Notes: generated by a model from the letters alone, not told the origin. Positions 26,008 through 38,275 are shown, counted from the first letter of the whole stretch. The stretch: DNA of 63,947 bases, filler included, from Octopus bimaculoides (GCF_001194135.2; 7 parts of 7 records of this genome joined end to end with filler, not necessarily neighbours in it); one strand, 5' to 3'. Made by a program: numbers and translations.

Positions 26008-26137
26008 CTGACACGTCCAGTGTCTTAGTGGAGTTTACTCTCTTGTTAGTATTTGGGCTAGATCTCTGCTTTGTGGCCATCAACCTTCTAAGTATTCTTG
26101 AAGATCCTGTGAATGGTCATTGACGCTGCCTTCTGTC
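26008..26137 (-). other. Candidate upstream exon; possible ATG at 26080 giving MATKQRSSPNTNKRVNSTKTLDVS plus a phase-1 G
   Basis: Strong acceptor ttttctttctattttttactcag|GAC, weaker donor TCAG|gtagta; unique non-repeat sequence; no recognisable homology. Confidence 0.3.
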
Positions 26138-27363
26138 CTGAGTAAAAAATAGAAAGAAAACCCCATTAGAATTTTTCTACCACAATATTAGTATGTTAAT
26201 TGTAAAATAGATGCAATATATTTCATTTTCCACACTGAAGTAATTCAGCCAATCACCAGATGACAGATCATACAATCTGGTTCCTGAACAGACCGAACTA
26301 CACAGCCTAGTGGAAGGGAAGAGAAATACAGTAAGCTGCTACTAAATGTTGAATTTGCAAGATTTTTTTTGTTTTTGTTATAGGGCAGTCAGTTCATGCA
26401 GAGTTGGTGGAGGTTATTCAGAAACAACAACAACTTGTACTACAAAGACATAGGCAAAAACAGATTGAATTTTCAGTTTTGTTGAATTGGTTTCAGTTTT
26501 GATGGGGAAAAATCATTTCAATAGTATGAGTCTTTCAAAGGTGGTGAACTGGTGGAAGTGCTAGTATGCCAGGTAAAATGCTTCATGGCATTTTGTCTGT
26601 CTTTACCTTCTGAGTTCAAACTCTGCCAAGGTCGACTTTGTCTTTCATCCTTTGTGGGGCTGATAGAAATAAGTACCAGTCGAGTATTAGGGTTGATATA
26701 ATTGACTTAACCCTCCATCCCACAAGAAATTGCTGACCTTGAACCAGCATTATGAGTCTTCAACATTGGATGTTATTACTAAAACTTTAATCTTGATCAT
26801 CTTTGTAGTTATACTAAAATAGAATACAGCTGTAGCGTGAAAAGATCCATTTTTGCAAATGATACTACTGTGCACTCATTAACAGTACATTGAATGCAAC
26901 AGTTATGTTCAAATGAAGAGAGAGTGTTTTATAGTTCAAAACATCTTTCTTTACAATTGAAGCCATACAGTGCATTTTAAATTTGAGATTGCTTTATCTC
27001 TTGTGTGGAATTATACTTGATATGGCTTGTTGGCTGTTTTCAATCTAATGCATCATAATCAATGTGCTGCTGGGTAAACTGCTCCAAAGCATAATACAGC
27101 TAGTATATAACAACCTTAACAATATGTACTTTCTGCAAGTACATATATATCATTTCATTCTTTTATTTGTTTCAGTCATTGGACTGCAGTTAAGTGGAGA
27201 CACTGCTCTGGAGGATTTAGTTATTCAGATTTTTACCCTCCGGGCTCATTTACAAGTCTGGTACTTATTCTATCAGTCTCTTATCACTGAACTACTGAGT
27301 TACAGAGATATAAATGAAGTAGCATGGATTGTCTAGCAATGGGAAGTAGACACAAAGATGTTT

Positions 27364-27399
<36 letters not shown>

Positions 27400-27659
27400 A
27401 CACACACATGCTCACACGCGTGCATATGTGTGCACACACACATGCATGTGTACATATATACAATAGGCTTGAACACAGTCTCTGTCAACCAAATTCACTC
27501 ACAAGCTAATAATTTGCACAGGGCTATAGTAGAAGATTCTTGTCCAAAATGATGTGGATTTTGAGACTGAACCCACAAGCATATAGTTTTGGGACTGAAT
27601 CCAAAACCACTTGGTTATGAAGTAAATATTTTGACCACACCACTATGTCTGACACTATG

Positions 27660-28042
27660 TTGGCACTCCGTCGCTTACGACGACAAGGGTTTCAGTTGAT
27701 CCGATCAACAGAACAGCCTGCTGGTGAAATTAACGTGCAAGTGGCTGAGCACTCCACAGGCACGTGTACCCTTAACGTAGTTCTCGGGGATATTCAGCAT
27801 GATACAAAGTGTGACAAGGCTGGCCCTTTGAATTACAGGCACAACAGAAACAAGAAGTAAGAGTGAGAGAAAGTTGTGGTGAAAGAGTACAGCAGGGGTC
27901 GCCACAATTTCCTGCTGGAGCCACGTGGAGCTTTAGGTGTTTTTATTCAATAAACACTCACAACGCCTGGGCTGGGAATCGAAACCGCAATCCTATGACC
28001 GTGAGTCCACTGCCCTATCTACTGGGCCATTGCACCTCCACC
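27660..28042 (-). mobile_element. tRNA-derived SINE family D with a 12-bp TSD
   Basis: TSD TCTGACACTATG at 27648-27659 and 28043-28054; tRNA-like head at the right end (GGAGGTGCAATGGCCCAGTAG...GCGGTTTCGATTCCCAG). Confidence 0.88.
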
Positions 28043-28339
28043 TCTGACACTATGAAACATGGTCTAATATAAATGTTTCTATAGGATGAAAATGGACCTC
28101 TGACTGTTAAAGGATGATATAAAATACATATTTTAAAATCATGCTGGATGGAAATGCATAACCCTTTCAGTCTATTCTAGCTTGAAGAGACAAGAGAAAA
28201 CTGTGTGAATTTTGGAATTTTTCTTTTGTTTTTTTGTGGCTTAGTCAGAGGTAGGAAGGTAATACCTGCAATTTTTTGTAGGCCTCAAAGTTTAGTGAGA
28301 GAAAAAGTGTTGGGTGTTGGTATTAAGTAGGGGAATGGA

Positions 28340-29330
28340 ACCGGTCTCGCATGAAATGCTATTCCTCAATTACAGGATTGCTGCAAAAATAAAAGATGTA
28401 CAAGATAGGGAATTTTACAATGTCCTTTAGTTAATGGATCAAGTTAAAGAAATAGTTATAGGCAGTGAAGAAGTGTCTCTGGGTACTCTGAAGATTACAA
28501 GAAGATGACTATAAAAGAAGTAATCTAGAGGATTGGATAAGGTGAAGTCTTCAACTTTGAATTAGATGAAACTCTTTAACATTAGAAGCAACAGTTTTTC
28601 TACCTCTAAATACATAAACATGATAGTTTTACAAGAACCCCCTTTCATATGAATTGTTTCATTGATAAACTATACATGTCTGTCACTCACAGCTGACCAT
28701 CTTGGCAATTTGTTACTTTCATTTCATGGTTACCTTGCAGTAGTCAAATCAACTACTTCAGGTGCATCCAATGTTATTCTGAATTCAAGTACAGTCTGAT
28801 GTATTAAATGTTGCATGCATAAAATCATTATTGAATTATTGTTATATTTCAGGATGGTCATTTTTTTCTTTTTTTTTGGCCAAATAACTGCATGCCCTAT
28901 ATATTTATTCTTCACGTCTTTGTCATTGTTTTTATTTTATCTCATATCCATTGTTTGGAAATATTTTGTCACACACCTGTGACCTCTTCAGCGACCCTTT
29001 CCATCCCAAGGACAGTCATCTATTCCATTTAGAGTTGCAAAATTTAACAACTGCATGCAGTTCTTCCCTGTCTATGTAACTCTATTTCTCACTAAACTCT
29101 ACAATGATACCTTCAATTATTTCCTTAGCTTGAGCCATTAACTTAAGGACCTTGTAAAATTCCCTATCTTGTATATCTCCTGTTATCTTTGCAGCAATCC
29201 TATAATTGAAGAAAGCATTTTATTTGAGACTGAATTGATTCTCCTGTTTAACACCATCACTTGACCCTTGGGTTAATTTTTTGAAGTCCTACATGTCCAA
29301 GTGTTTGAACAAGATCTCCATTCCAAGAAC
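28340..29330. mobile_element. Two old, probably RTE-like RT fragments in opposite orientation (~28340-28480 +, ~29050-29330 -)
   Basis: Shared CAATTAYAGGATTGCTGCAAA...CAAGATAGGGAATTTTACAA segment; weak similarity to the RTE GD..D...Y..LKL motif. Confidence 0.4.
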
Positions 29331-29819
29331 ACTTCAGTATCTAGATGCACTGATTCCTATTGCACAAATCCATGAATCAGAGTTTCTTTCTCCTTTTCTT
29401 TCATTAATCTTTCCTTCTCCTTTTCTAACTAATCTTTTCTTTTCATTTTCCATCTGGGGTAGCCATATATCTATTCTACAGTAAGGCAACTGTCCCTGTC
29501 CCTTTGTCATAAAGTAACATCTCATTGCCTTGCATAAAGCCACAGCCCTCAATACTACATGAGGTACTTGGTGACCTCATTAGTGCTGGTGCCACATGGA
29601 AAGCACCCTATATATTGTGAAGTGGTTGCTGTTAGGAAGGGTATCTGGACATAGAAGCCATGTCAAAGCTGACATTGGAACTTGATGCAGTTCTCTGGCT
29701 TGTTAAACGGTTCAGCTGATGCTAGCATGAAAAATGGATGTAAAACAATGATGATGATGACTATTATTATTATTATGATACCAAGTAAAAATGCAAATGA
29801 ATAAGATCCAATGGTTGGA

Positions 29820-30410
29820 GAATATTGCTGTGCTGAAAAAATTAGATCAGCAGCTGCAAAAGGTGCCATCAGTGTATTACCTCCCAATATAATGTGATGT
29901 TGCTGAAACAATATACAATGTCATACAAAAAAGATTGTACTGAGACAAATGTAACGAATCTCTCTGTTAAATCAACATGAAGAATATTTGTGGAATATTC
30001 TTATCAAAAAATTTACAGGCCAAATATCATTGTTTAGGACAGACAAATAAAAAGTAGGACCAATAAAATATGTCGGAGAGTATGTCCCATAGAATATGTT
30101 CCAGAGATATGTCTAGAGATCAGCTGCTCTACTGATGTGGATACCTCTTTGAAAATCAAAGAGAAAGAAGATAACTACAGACAACTGCTTTGAAATCTTC
30201 AGCTTCTGCATCCGGATTATAAATTCACATTTGTACCAATAATAATTGGTACACTTGGTTTCATGAGTAAATGCCTAAGTGACAATCAAGAAAAGATAGG
30301 CTTTTCAGTCAAAGAAATCAATTAGCTAATATGCACATTACAAATGCAGTTTGTAAGAGAAACAATAAAAATATGCAAGACTTTTCTCAAGTTCAAAATG
30401 TGACATTGTT
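29820..30410 (+). mobile_element. Decayed R4-like LINE, restriction-like endonuclease region
   Basis: EISCSTDVDTSLKIKEKEDNYRQLL*NLQLLHPDYKFTFVPIIIGTLG...IKICKTFLKF; same family as 19121. Confidence 0.75.
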
Positions 30411-30500
30411 TTTCTTATCTACATTCCACTGATGAAGCTTTGTATCTTTGTTAGATACAGCTCCTTTCTTACAGGAAGACAATAAATAATTAAAAATAGA

Positions 30501-30536
<36 letters not shown>

Positions 30537-31121
30537 TACAGGCAAACAAACAGGGAAGGTTAAATATATATTAGTTTATTGAAGATATTGATTGATATGT
30601 AACATCAGAAACACCAGTGAAAAATTTGACGTATAGGTTGATTTGCAAGTAAAAAGTGAAGAAAAAATTGAAAATATTGAATATTATGAAGGTGATACAA
30701 GGAAGACTTAGCGCATGTGGAGAAAAGTGAAATTGCAAACAGTCAACACATGTCTGCATGAAGACGATGATGACCATGATGATGATATGAACAATAAAAC
30801 GATTTTTAACGGGAAAACTTTTACTAAATGTATTAAAAAAATTTTTTTCTGTTTTCTTGAACTACTAAGATATTTTTCATACCCAACTATTCACAAATAA
30901 TATATTTCTATAATAAATGAAAAATGTTACTAAATAACAATATACATGCGCTATTTAGAAAAATGAAAAAAATCTCAATTATATAAAATAATTCATTTCA
31001 AAAAGAGAAAACTGAAAGAAAAATAAGTTGACCGTTCCCAAAGAAAAAAATTCTTTTTCATTTCAATAAAATTTCCTTAAAATGTTTCTATATAAAGCAA
31101 CATATTTCTTAATGTCTAGAC

Positions 31122-31180
31122 CAATGTTTTTCAACCGGGATGCTGCTGCCAGCGCCTGGAGGTGTCACAAGATGGTCAGA
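31122..31180 (+). mobile_element. hAT left terminus fragment
   Basis: CAATGTTTTTCAACCGGG preceded by GTCTAGAC (the nTCTAGAn Charlie target consensus); no right end found. Confidence 0.45.
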
Positions 31181-32199
31181 TTTAGTACATTAACCACTAA
31201 TAGTAGTAACAATAATAATTCATAATAGTAATAATAAAATGAAGCTTTGACACATGAAAGAATTTTATTTCTAAAATAATCCGAAAAGACTGCAGTAAAA
31301 AAAAAAACAATTATAATTAAGGATTTGATATATATGACTTTGGGTTTTCGTCATTGAAAATTAGATAGAATAACATTAGTTGCGATTATATAAGTTACTA
31401 CAGCTGGTGACAAGAAATGTCAGTCAAGTTGTTGTAATCAAGTAGTCTACCGTTTGTTGTGGTAGTAGTATCATTGACAGCCACTGTGTGGCACTAGTAC
31501 CTTAAAACAGCCAATCAAAATCTTTTATTTAGGACGGCGCTAATATTATTCAATATGGTCGATTGTCATTTACTGCTAAATGACACCAGGAACGTATTTA
31601 TATAGTAATTATTTCCTAATTGAGCAGTTTTTACCTGACATGTGTGTTGTCAGACAACGACTCTCTACTACACTGATACCAATATTAACGAATGTTGTCA
31701 ACCGGTGTTTTATTAAATACTTCCCCTGATATGAATTCCATTGAAATGCATGCGACAATCCCCCTTTGAAAAAAAAAAAATGATCAGATGACAGTTCACA
31801 TGAATTTTTGGATAATAAAAAAAAATATATATTAAAGATTTATAGAATAAGGTGACCAAATCGATAGGTCATTAATCCATTTATATTATTTAACTGTTAG
31901 CGTTGTATTACGCATCTTCCACTTTTTAGATGGCAAAGTTCTAGGAGAGACGTAGCTGCGTTAATGGATTTGTTTTTGACAAATTATAATTTAGAAATTC
32001 TAGGTAAAAATCATAAAACAAAATAACTTCAACTAAATTCACAACTCTTCCCATTCCACGTTTGTATCATTTTATAAAGAAAAAAAAAGAACCAACTCCA
32101 ATTCAGTTTTATTCCTGCTACTGAGATGAAAATTAGAAAACAAAGGTTATGTTTATAAAACTACGATTGTTTAAATCCACTTTCAAATCCCTATACAAA

Positions 32200-34900
32200 C
32201 TAAAATCATTCCAAAATCAATATATTTAAATCTAACTTTTGATTACATATATGTAAATATAACATTTCAGAATATATTTGTATATCGATCATTAACAAGT
32301 GTGCAGGTGCGTTTTCCATCTGCACTCTTCGACTGTAGACTTGGACATTTCCGAGCATTGCTGCATAAAGAAATAAGCTTCTGATTTCCAAATATGTGCG
32401 TGCATACGTGCACGCACAGTGTGGACGCACGTATGTGTATAGAAGCGTGCAGACATGCAACCTCTTGCATACGGACAAGCGCGTGTTCAACCAGACACAG
32501 CACGTGTTTACTGGGGCAGACAAAATTAGTAAATAACAAAGAATAAAAACAAATCGTTCAGTTAAGGGAAGGTGATATATTCGGATAATATTTTATGAAA
32601 ATTAAGCTCTTTCAGATAAGAGAAAATCCGGGCGATGTAGATTTCGTAAATGGAAATATTCTTTGTGATTTGACACAATCAAGACATTAAATGTTCAGGT
32701 AGCTCACCTACATTATAACACATCTTAAAATATCAACTGCCAGGTTATCGAGACAGGAAATTTCGTTCATTTCTCCATTTAGGAAGCTGTACTTTACATC
32801 TGTCATCATTTAGAATCAGCTATTCAGAATTCCAAAACGTGCAACAGTCGGGCTTATCAGTACCAATCGCTTGAAATTTATATTTTGACCGTCTTCACCA
32901 TTTATTTATTTTTTATTTGGTCTGGTTAAGAGGTAAAACGGGCATCAGTCGGTCTGTCATTCATTTACTTCGAAGAAGCATCAGCTTGCTGAATATTGTA
33001 GACTAGTAGAGCGAGAGTGAAAGAAAAAGAGATGGAGAGAGGGGAAAAGAGAAAAACACGGAAAGAGAGGAAGAAGAAATTACGCTTGTAAAGCAGGCAC
33101 TGCAATGCTATCCTGTTAGTCTTTTTGTTTTCCTTCTGCTCACAGGTTTTCTGACTGGCTTCGCTGTTGTCTTCCGTGTTATTTGTTAGTGATGATGATA
33201 ATGATGCTGGCACTGCAGAGGAATTAGTGACCAACAGCGACACACAGCACAGCGGCTGCTCTTTGGATCACCGTAAAGAATGAAATAACCAGGAGCTGTC
33301 TCTAACTCGCTGTTTATATGTAAAAAAATACCCAAACAAATCGTTAAACAGTTTCCATTCCATATTCACTACTGCTATTTATCAATCTATTTAACTAACA
33401 GTTTCTCCTGACTCGCTGTAGCGTTAGTAATAGGTGTGTTTCGACATAAAACTCCTCTAAGCTGTCTCTCACATCCTCCCATTCCTCTTTCCCTTTCCGT
33501 CTCTCTCTTTCTCTCCATCTCTATCCGAGAATTTTCTCTTTTTTATGTTACTTTCTTCTTCATCTAGACTCTGTTTACCATTAGTGGTTTGTACTAACCC
33601 GACCATACAGACATCAAGCTGGAAATGTGTTATTTCTTCCATCAATGATAGCAAGCTTTTATCTAAAATTCCAAAATACGCACTGAATACCCTCGATTTC
33701 TACAAAACAAATGGGCTTCATTCGTTGTCAGACGAAAATATTCACTCAACGCTCATTAGAATGCTGTACATATACAAATGAAGGTTGCATTAACGAAAAA
33801 TATCGAGCATTCAATCAGTCATTTTTCTATTCCGCTAAAGGTGTTTATTTTTAAATCGAACAGTTTCCAAATGGAATGATTTATCCGAAAGGTATTCACC
33901 CTTTCAACACATCCAACATTTCAGCAGTATTAATTATCTTTACCTCATTATACACCTTGATGCTTTCTCCATCTTTCTTTTAAATCTATATCAACAACCA
34001 CACACACGCACCAATATAGACATACGCTTGCATTGGAGCATTTCGTGCAATATATGCATATATACAACCTAAGAAATCGTTATAGACGACGTATGTATAT
34101 AGATATAAATTTGTACATGTATCACAATATATGTCTACCAGGTAGACGTATGCCTGTACAGGCACATACCACAACACCTCATTCGAAGTTAAAACGGAAC
34201 CTGCACTCCTAGGTTTTTTAAAAATTATTTAAACAAAAAGGTGAAAAGAAATAAAACAAAAAAAGTAATAATCAAACTAAAAACAAGTGGCTAATAAATT
34301 AGAAAGATATACAGCCGTCGTTAAGCTCGCTCAGGGAGTGTACGTAATATAATTGTACATACATATATACATCGATATATATATATATAATTTTAATATC
34401 GATATCTACCTATAACTTCATGACATAATTATAATTGCAATCTAGCCTGCTGTGTTCCAATATTTTCTGCTCTAGTGTCATTCATTTACACCCAAATAGA
34501 CAACATTCGTTATGTTAGCGCTTATGGCACCAGTTGTCGCCTTGCAGAGGCCACTTACTTGGGTATCTTAAGAAAAAAACAGAGAAGTAAAGAATAAGGA
34601 GGACTGTCATTATATAGGAAGATAACTGCAAAGCAAAAATTATTCTCCAAAAATCATTCAGCCTGGCGTCGTCTGGAGAGAGCGCTGCTTTAAAGGAAGA
34701 AAATATGTCCCACCGTTACAGTAAAAGGACAGAATCTTTACCCAATACCCTGTCAGGGGCCATGTTTGGAAATGGGCAACATTCGCAAGAGGAAAATCCT
34801 AATTATCTTGTTTACAAAAAGGTAAGGTTACGTCTATTCTATTACTCCTTCTTAAAAGAAACATTGAGGAAGTACGGGGCGGCTGATCAGGGACAGAAAG
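32200..34900. promoter_or_regulatory. CpG-retaining promoter-like region with a candidate minus-strand 5' exon ending at donor TAG|gtgagc (32708)
   Basis: Unique, TE-poor sequence with visibly more CpG than 1-31 kb; consensus donor; AGCCAATCA box just outside at 31509-31517. Confidence 0.45.
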
Positions 34901-35682
34901 AGAAAGTGAAAGTTTGAAAAGTAACAAAGGCTGCATGGTGGTAGTACCGTGCACATTTTCCATTCTTATGTCTAAGACTTTCTCTCCGAAATTCCTCGTT
35001 CTATAATTCCCCCGCCTCATATATAAATGTATAGTGCAGAGTTGTATTTATGCATTCAGGCATGTTGCAAGCTCATTTTCAAGGTTTTTCTGCAGGACTT
35101 ACAGTATTATAAGCGACTCCATTCCACTTGTTGTGAGGAATGAAGATCTTTATAAGAGAAATTTTAGTTATTGCATGTTTATGTCATTTATTTCCTCTAG
35201 TGCTTTGTTATCTATTTGCTATACATCGAAGAAATGGAATAATGAAGAATTTATTAGAAAGCATACCTTATTGGGGAGGAAAAAAATGGAATGAAAGAAA
35301 TGAGTTTGATTTATCTGAATTATTTAGCGTGCTTTTTTCCCCCTCAATTAATATTCATTTATTTATTCGTCTTCGTGTACGGTATCCCTTCTCTCTATCT
35401 TTTCCTTTGAGTATCATTAGCTACAGATTTATTCACACGATGACACTCAGATTTTATTATTTGTACATTCATATATTTTGAGGTGTCTATAACTGTATTA
35501 CTGTTCGGAAGAATTGTGTATGTTTTTGATCTTAAATTCAGAGTCAAATACATACATACATACACAGATACACTCATACATACATATAGATAGATATACA
35601 TATGTCTGTATAAGAATGTATAATGGTATGTAAATAATACATTGGTATATGTTCATATACATAATATTCTCACTCCCTCCCT

Positions 35683-35763
<81 letters not shown>

Positions 35764-36408
35764 GATAAGAGGGTGAGATTGATATACTGAGAGACAGAGA
35801 TATTGTGTATGTACAATCTACGTATGAATCTCTGTTTGTGTGTATGTGTGTTTGNNNNNNNNNNNNNNNNNNNNNNNNNNNNNNNNNNNNNNNNNNNNNN
35901 NNNNNNNNNNNNNNNNNNNNNNNNNNNNNNNNNNNNNNNNNNNNNNNNNNNNNNNNNNNNNNNNNNNNNNNNNNNNNNNNNNNNNNNNNNNNNNNNNNNN
36001 NNNNNNNNNNNNNNNNNNNNNNNNNNNNNNNNNNNNNNNNNNNNNNNNNNNNNNNNNNNNNNNNNNNNNNNNNNNNNNNNNNNNNNNNNNNNNNNNNNNN
36101 NNNNNNNNNNNNNNNNNNNNNNNNNNNNNNNNNNNNNNNNNNNNNNNNNNNNNNNNNNNNNNNNNNNNNNNNNNNNNNNNNNNNNNNNNNNNNNNNNNNN
36201 NNNNNNNNNNNNNNNNNNNNNNNNNNNNNNNNNNNNNNNNNNNNNNNNNNNNNNNNNNNNNNNNNNNNNNNNNNNNNNNNNNNNNNNNNNNNNNNNNNNN
36301 NNNNNNNNNNNNNNNNNNNNNNNNNNNNNNNNNNNNNNNNNNNNNNNNNNNNNNNNNNNNNNNNNNNNNNNNNNNNNNNNNNNNNNNNNNNNNNNNNNNN
36401 NNNNNNNN

Positions 36409-36439
<31 letters not shown>

Positions 36440-36559
36440 GTATATATATGTGTGAGTGTATGTGTGTGTGTATGAATGTATGTTTGTCTGTATATCTGTA
36501 TGTATGTATATGAGTGAAATAAACCTTAGAGTTGCTTTGACCCTCACAGAAACTGCAGG

Positions 36560-37220
36560 AGCTGCTTAGAGTTTCTGCAAGCTCTTCTAAAACCACTGCA
36601 ATCTTGAAAATCATTTCATATCACCAGGAGGTATCTCGGGGTCACAAACATTTTGCCCCTTAGTCTGTACTCTTTACACGAGTTGGGCAGTGAAGACAGA
36701 AAATAATCTTCACCTGAAGAATGGTTCCACCTGCGGTCTCTTATCAACTGTAGCTACATTGATCTTATTTCAGCTGCTGTGCTTGCCTCCCTGGTGGCTT
36801 TTTTCAGCTGTCTGGGTTTCAGACCTCTCTTCTGCAGGAACTATTACACCAATGCACAAGGAAAAATGAGACTGCATGCCATCCTTGCGAAGGGCCTCAC
36901 TGCCCAAGTTGTGGTATTTTTTTTTTTTATCTGATGGGAAATATCGAGTTGGTCCTACCAGGGCACTGTGAATTAAAACCAAGATTATTGCATTTGTACT
37001 TCTGGAGAAAAAAAACATGTCTACTTAGAGTGATGTTACCTCTACCTCCTTTGAGAAGATGAATCTACGGTTCATGTCTATGTGCATCTCTTGGTTTGAG
37101 GCTGAATGCAAAATAGAAAACTGGTTCCCTGCTATAGTTTTCATCTTGGGAGTTTTGTTGTCTTCTCTTAGGAATCTGATAAAACTTTGGTGGTGCTGGC
37201 TAGTGTTAGTTAGCATTCAT
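36560..37220 (-). mobile_element. Decayed HERO/NeSL-like LINE 3' region (REL endonuclease)
   Basis: Across frameshifts: EMHIDMNRRFIFSKEVEVTSL, FSRSTNAIILV-TVPW*DQLDISHQIKKKKYHNL, FLQKRGLKPRQLKKATREASTAAEIRSM. Confidence 0.7.
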
Positions 37221-37754
37221 TCTTTGCAGATGACACATACCTAAATATATATCATATATAATATCAATTTCACATATATATATACATATATTTGTCTCAC
37301 CCATGCCAGCATGGAAGGCAGACGTTAAATGATAATAATAATGATGGGCACCCATGCCAACCTCTCCTTCATTGGACACTAAACTCGGCTTGTGAAGACC
37401 TGTTGGGGGCAACTGGAATTGAAATCGTGATGGCACCTGTACCAGTGGAGCGCTAAGAGCACTGTCCGAGCGTGATCATTGCCAGAGCAGCTGTCTGGCT
37501 TCCATGGCAGTGGCATGTAAATAGCACCATTTGAGTGTGATCATTATCAGCATCACCTTACTGGCACTTGTGACAATGGCACTTGAAAAAGCATTCGAGC
37601 GAGGTCGTTGCCAGTGCCGCTGGACTGGCTCCTGTGCAGGTGGCACATAAAATATACCATTTTGAGTGTGGCCGTTGCCAGTACCGCAGTATATTGGATA
37701 TATATTATCCCTTAGTGGGTTGAATTCTCCATCCCTAACTCTCTTGGATTATAT

Positions 37755-37940
37755 ATATATGGGAGAATTTACGAAAAAAACAAGAGACGAAGACAGGTGG
37801 TGTAAACAAATGGATGTATTAGTTTAGCGCTCAGGAATAGAGAAAGTCTTTGACATTTCGAGCCTACGCTCTTCAACTGAAAGGAACACAGAAAGAAACA
37901 AGGAGAAAAAATATATAAATGTAGTGGTCAGCGATCTATA
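37755..37940 (-). repeat. Penelope-like short repeat, copy 1
   Basis: Homologous to 59940-60115 and 62408-62582 (GAAGAGCGTAGGCTCGAAA.GTCAAAGACTTT...TTTACACCACCTGTCTTCGTC). Confidence 0.7.
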
Positions 37941-37942
37941 CA

Positions 37943-38107
37943 TGACAGGCTTCTTTCAGTTTCTGTTCACCAAATCCACTCATAAGGCTTTGGTCGGCCT
38001 GAGGCTATAGTAGAAGACACTTGCCCAAGGTGCCACGCAGTGGGACTGAACCCGGAACCATGTGGTTGGTAAGCAAGCTACTAACCACACAGCCACTCCT
38101 GCGCCTA
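37943..38107 (-). mobile_element. SINE family A 5' half, directly downstream of the U6 copy
   Basis: Close match to 25305-25470. Confidence 0.9.
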
Positions 38108-38110
38108 TAG

Positions 38111-38207
38111 AAAAATATGGAACACTTCATGAATTTGAGTGTCATCCTTGCGCAGGGACCATGCTAATCTTCTCTGTATCGTTCCAATGTTAGAATATAT
38201 ACCGCCA
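38111..38207 (-). pseudogene. U6: U6 snRNA pseudogene (retrocopy)
   Basis: Reverse complement reads ...ATTGGAACGATACAGAGAAGATTAGCATGGTCCCTGCGCAAGGATGACACTCAAATTCATGAAGTGTTCCATATTTTT, with the ACAGAGA box and AGC triad; the first ~10 nt are lost and there are CpG-type substitutions. Confidence 0.93.
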
Positions 38208-38223
38208 TATGCCTCTATATGTT

Positions 38224-38275
<52 letters not shown>

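Noticed and set aside
26249-26460. + strand exon pair (QSPDDRSYNL... and GSQFMQSW.../QSVHAELVEVIQKQQQ...)
   Set aside because: The implied intron is only 53 nt, the protein-like frame is not the frame that joins, and no homology was recognised.
32395-32418. 10-bp stem with a TACG loop
   Set aside because: Built from alternating GC/CA low-complexity sequence and lacks the C-G closing pair of a UNCG loop.
32965-33243. 92-aa ORF MSLLVTNSS... as the kinase N-terminus
   Set aside because: No kinase motifs, non-ATG start, and it runs through a pyrimidine tract to a stop.
37440-37690. Regularly spaced ~50-nt repeats (CRISPR-like periodicity)
   Set aside because: Internal subrepeats of SINE family C; eukaryotic context, no unique spacers and no cas genes.
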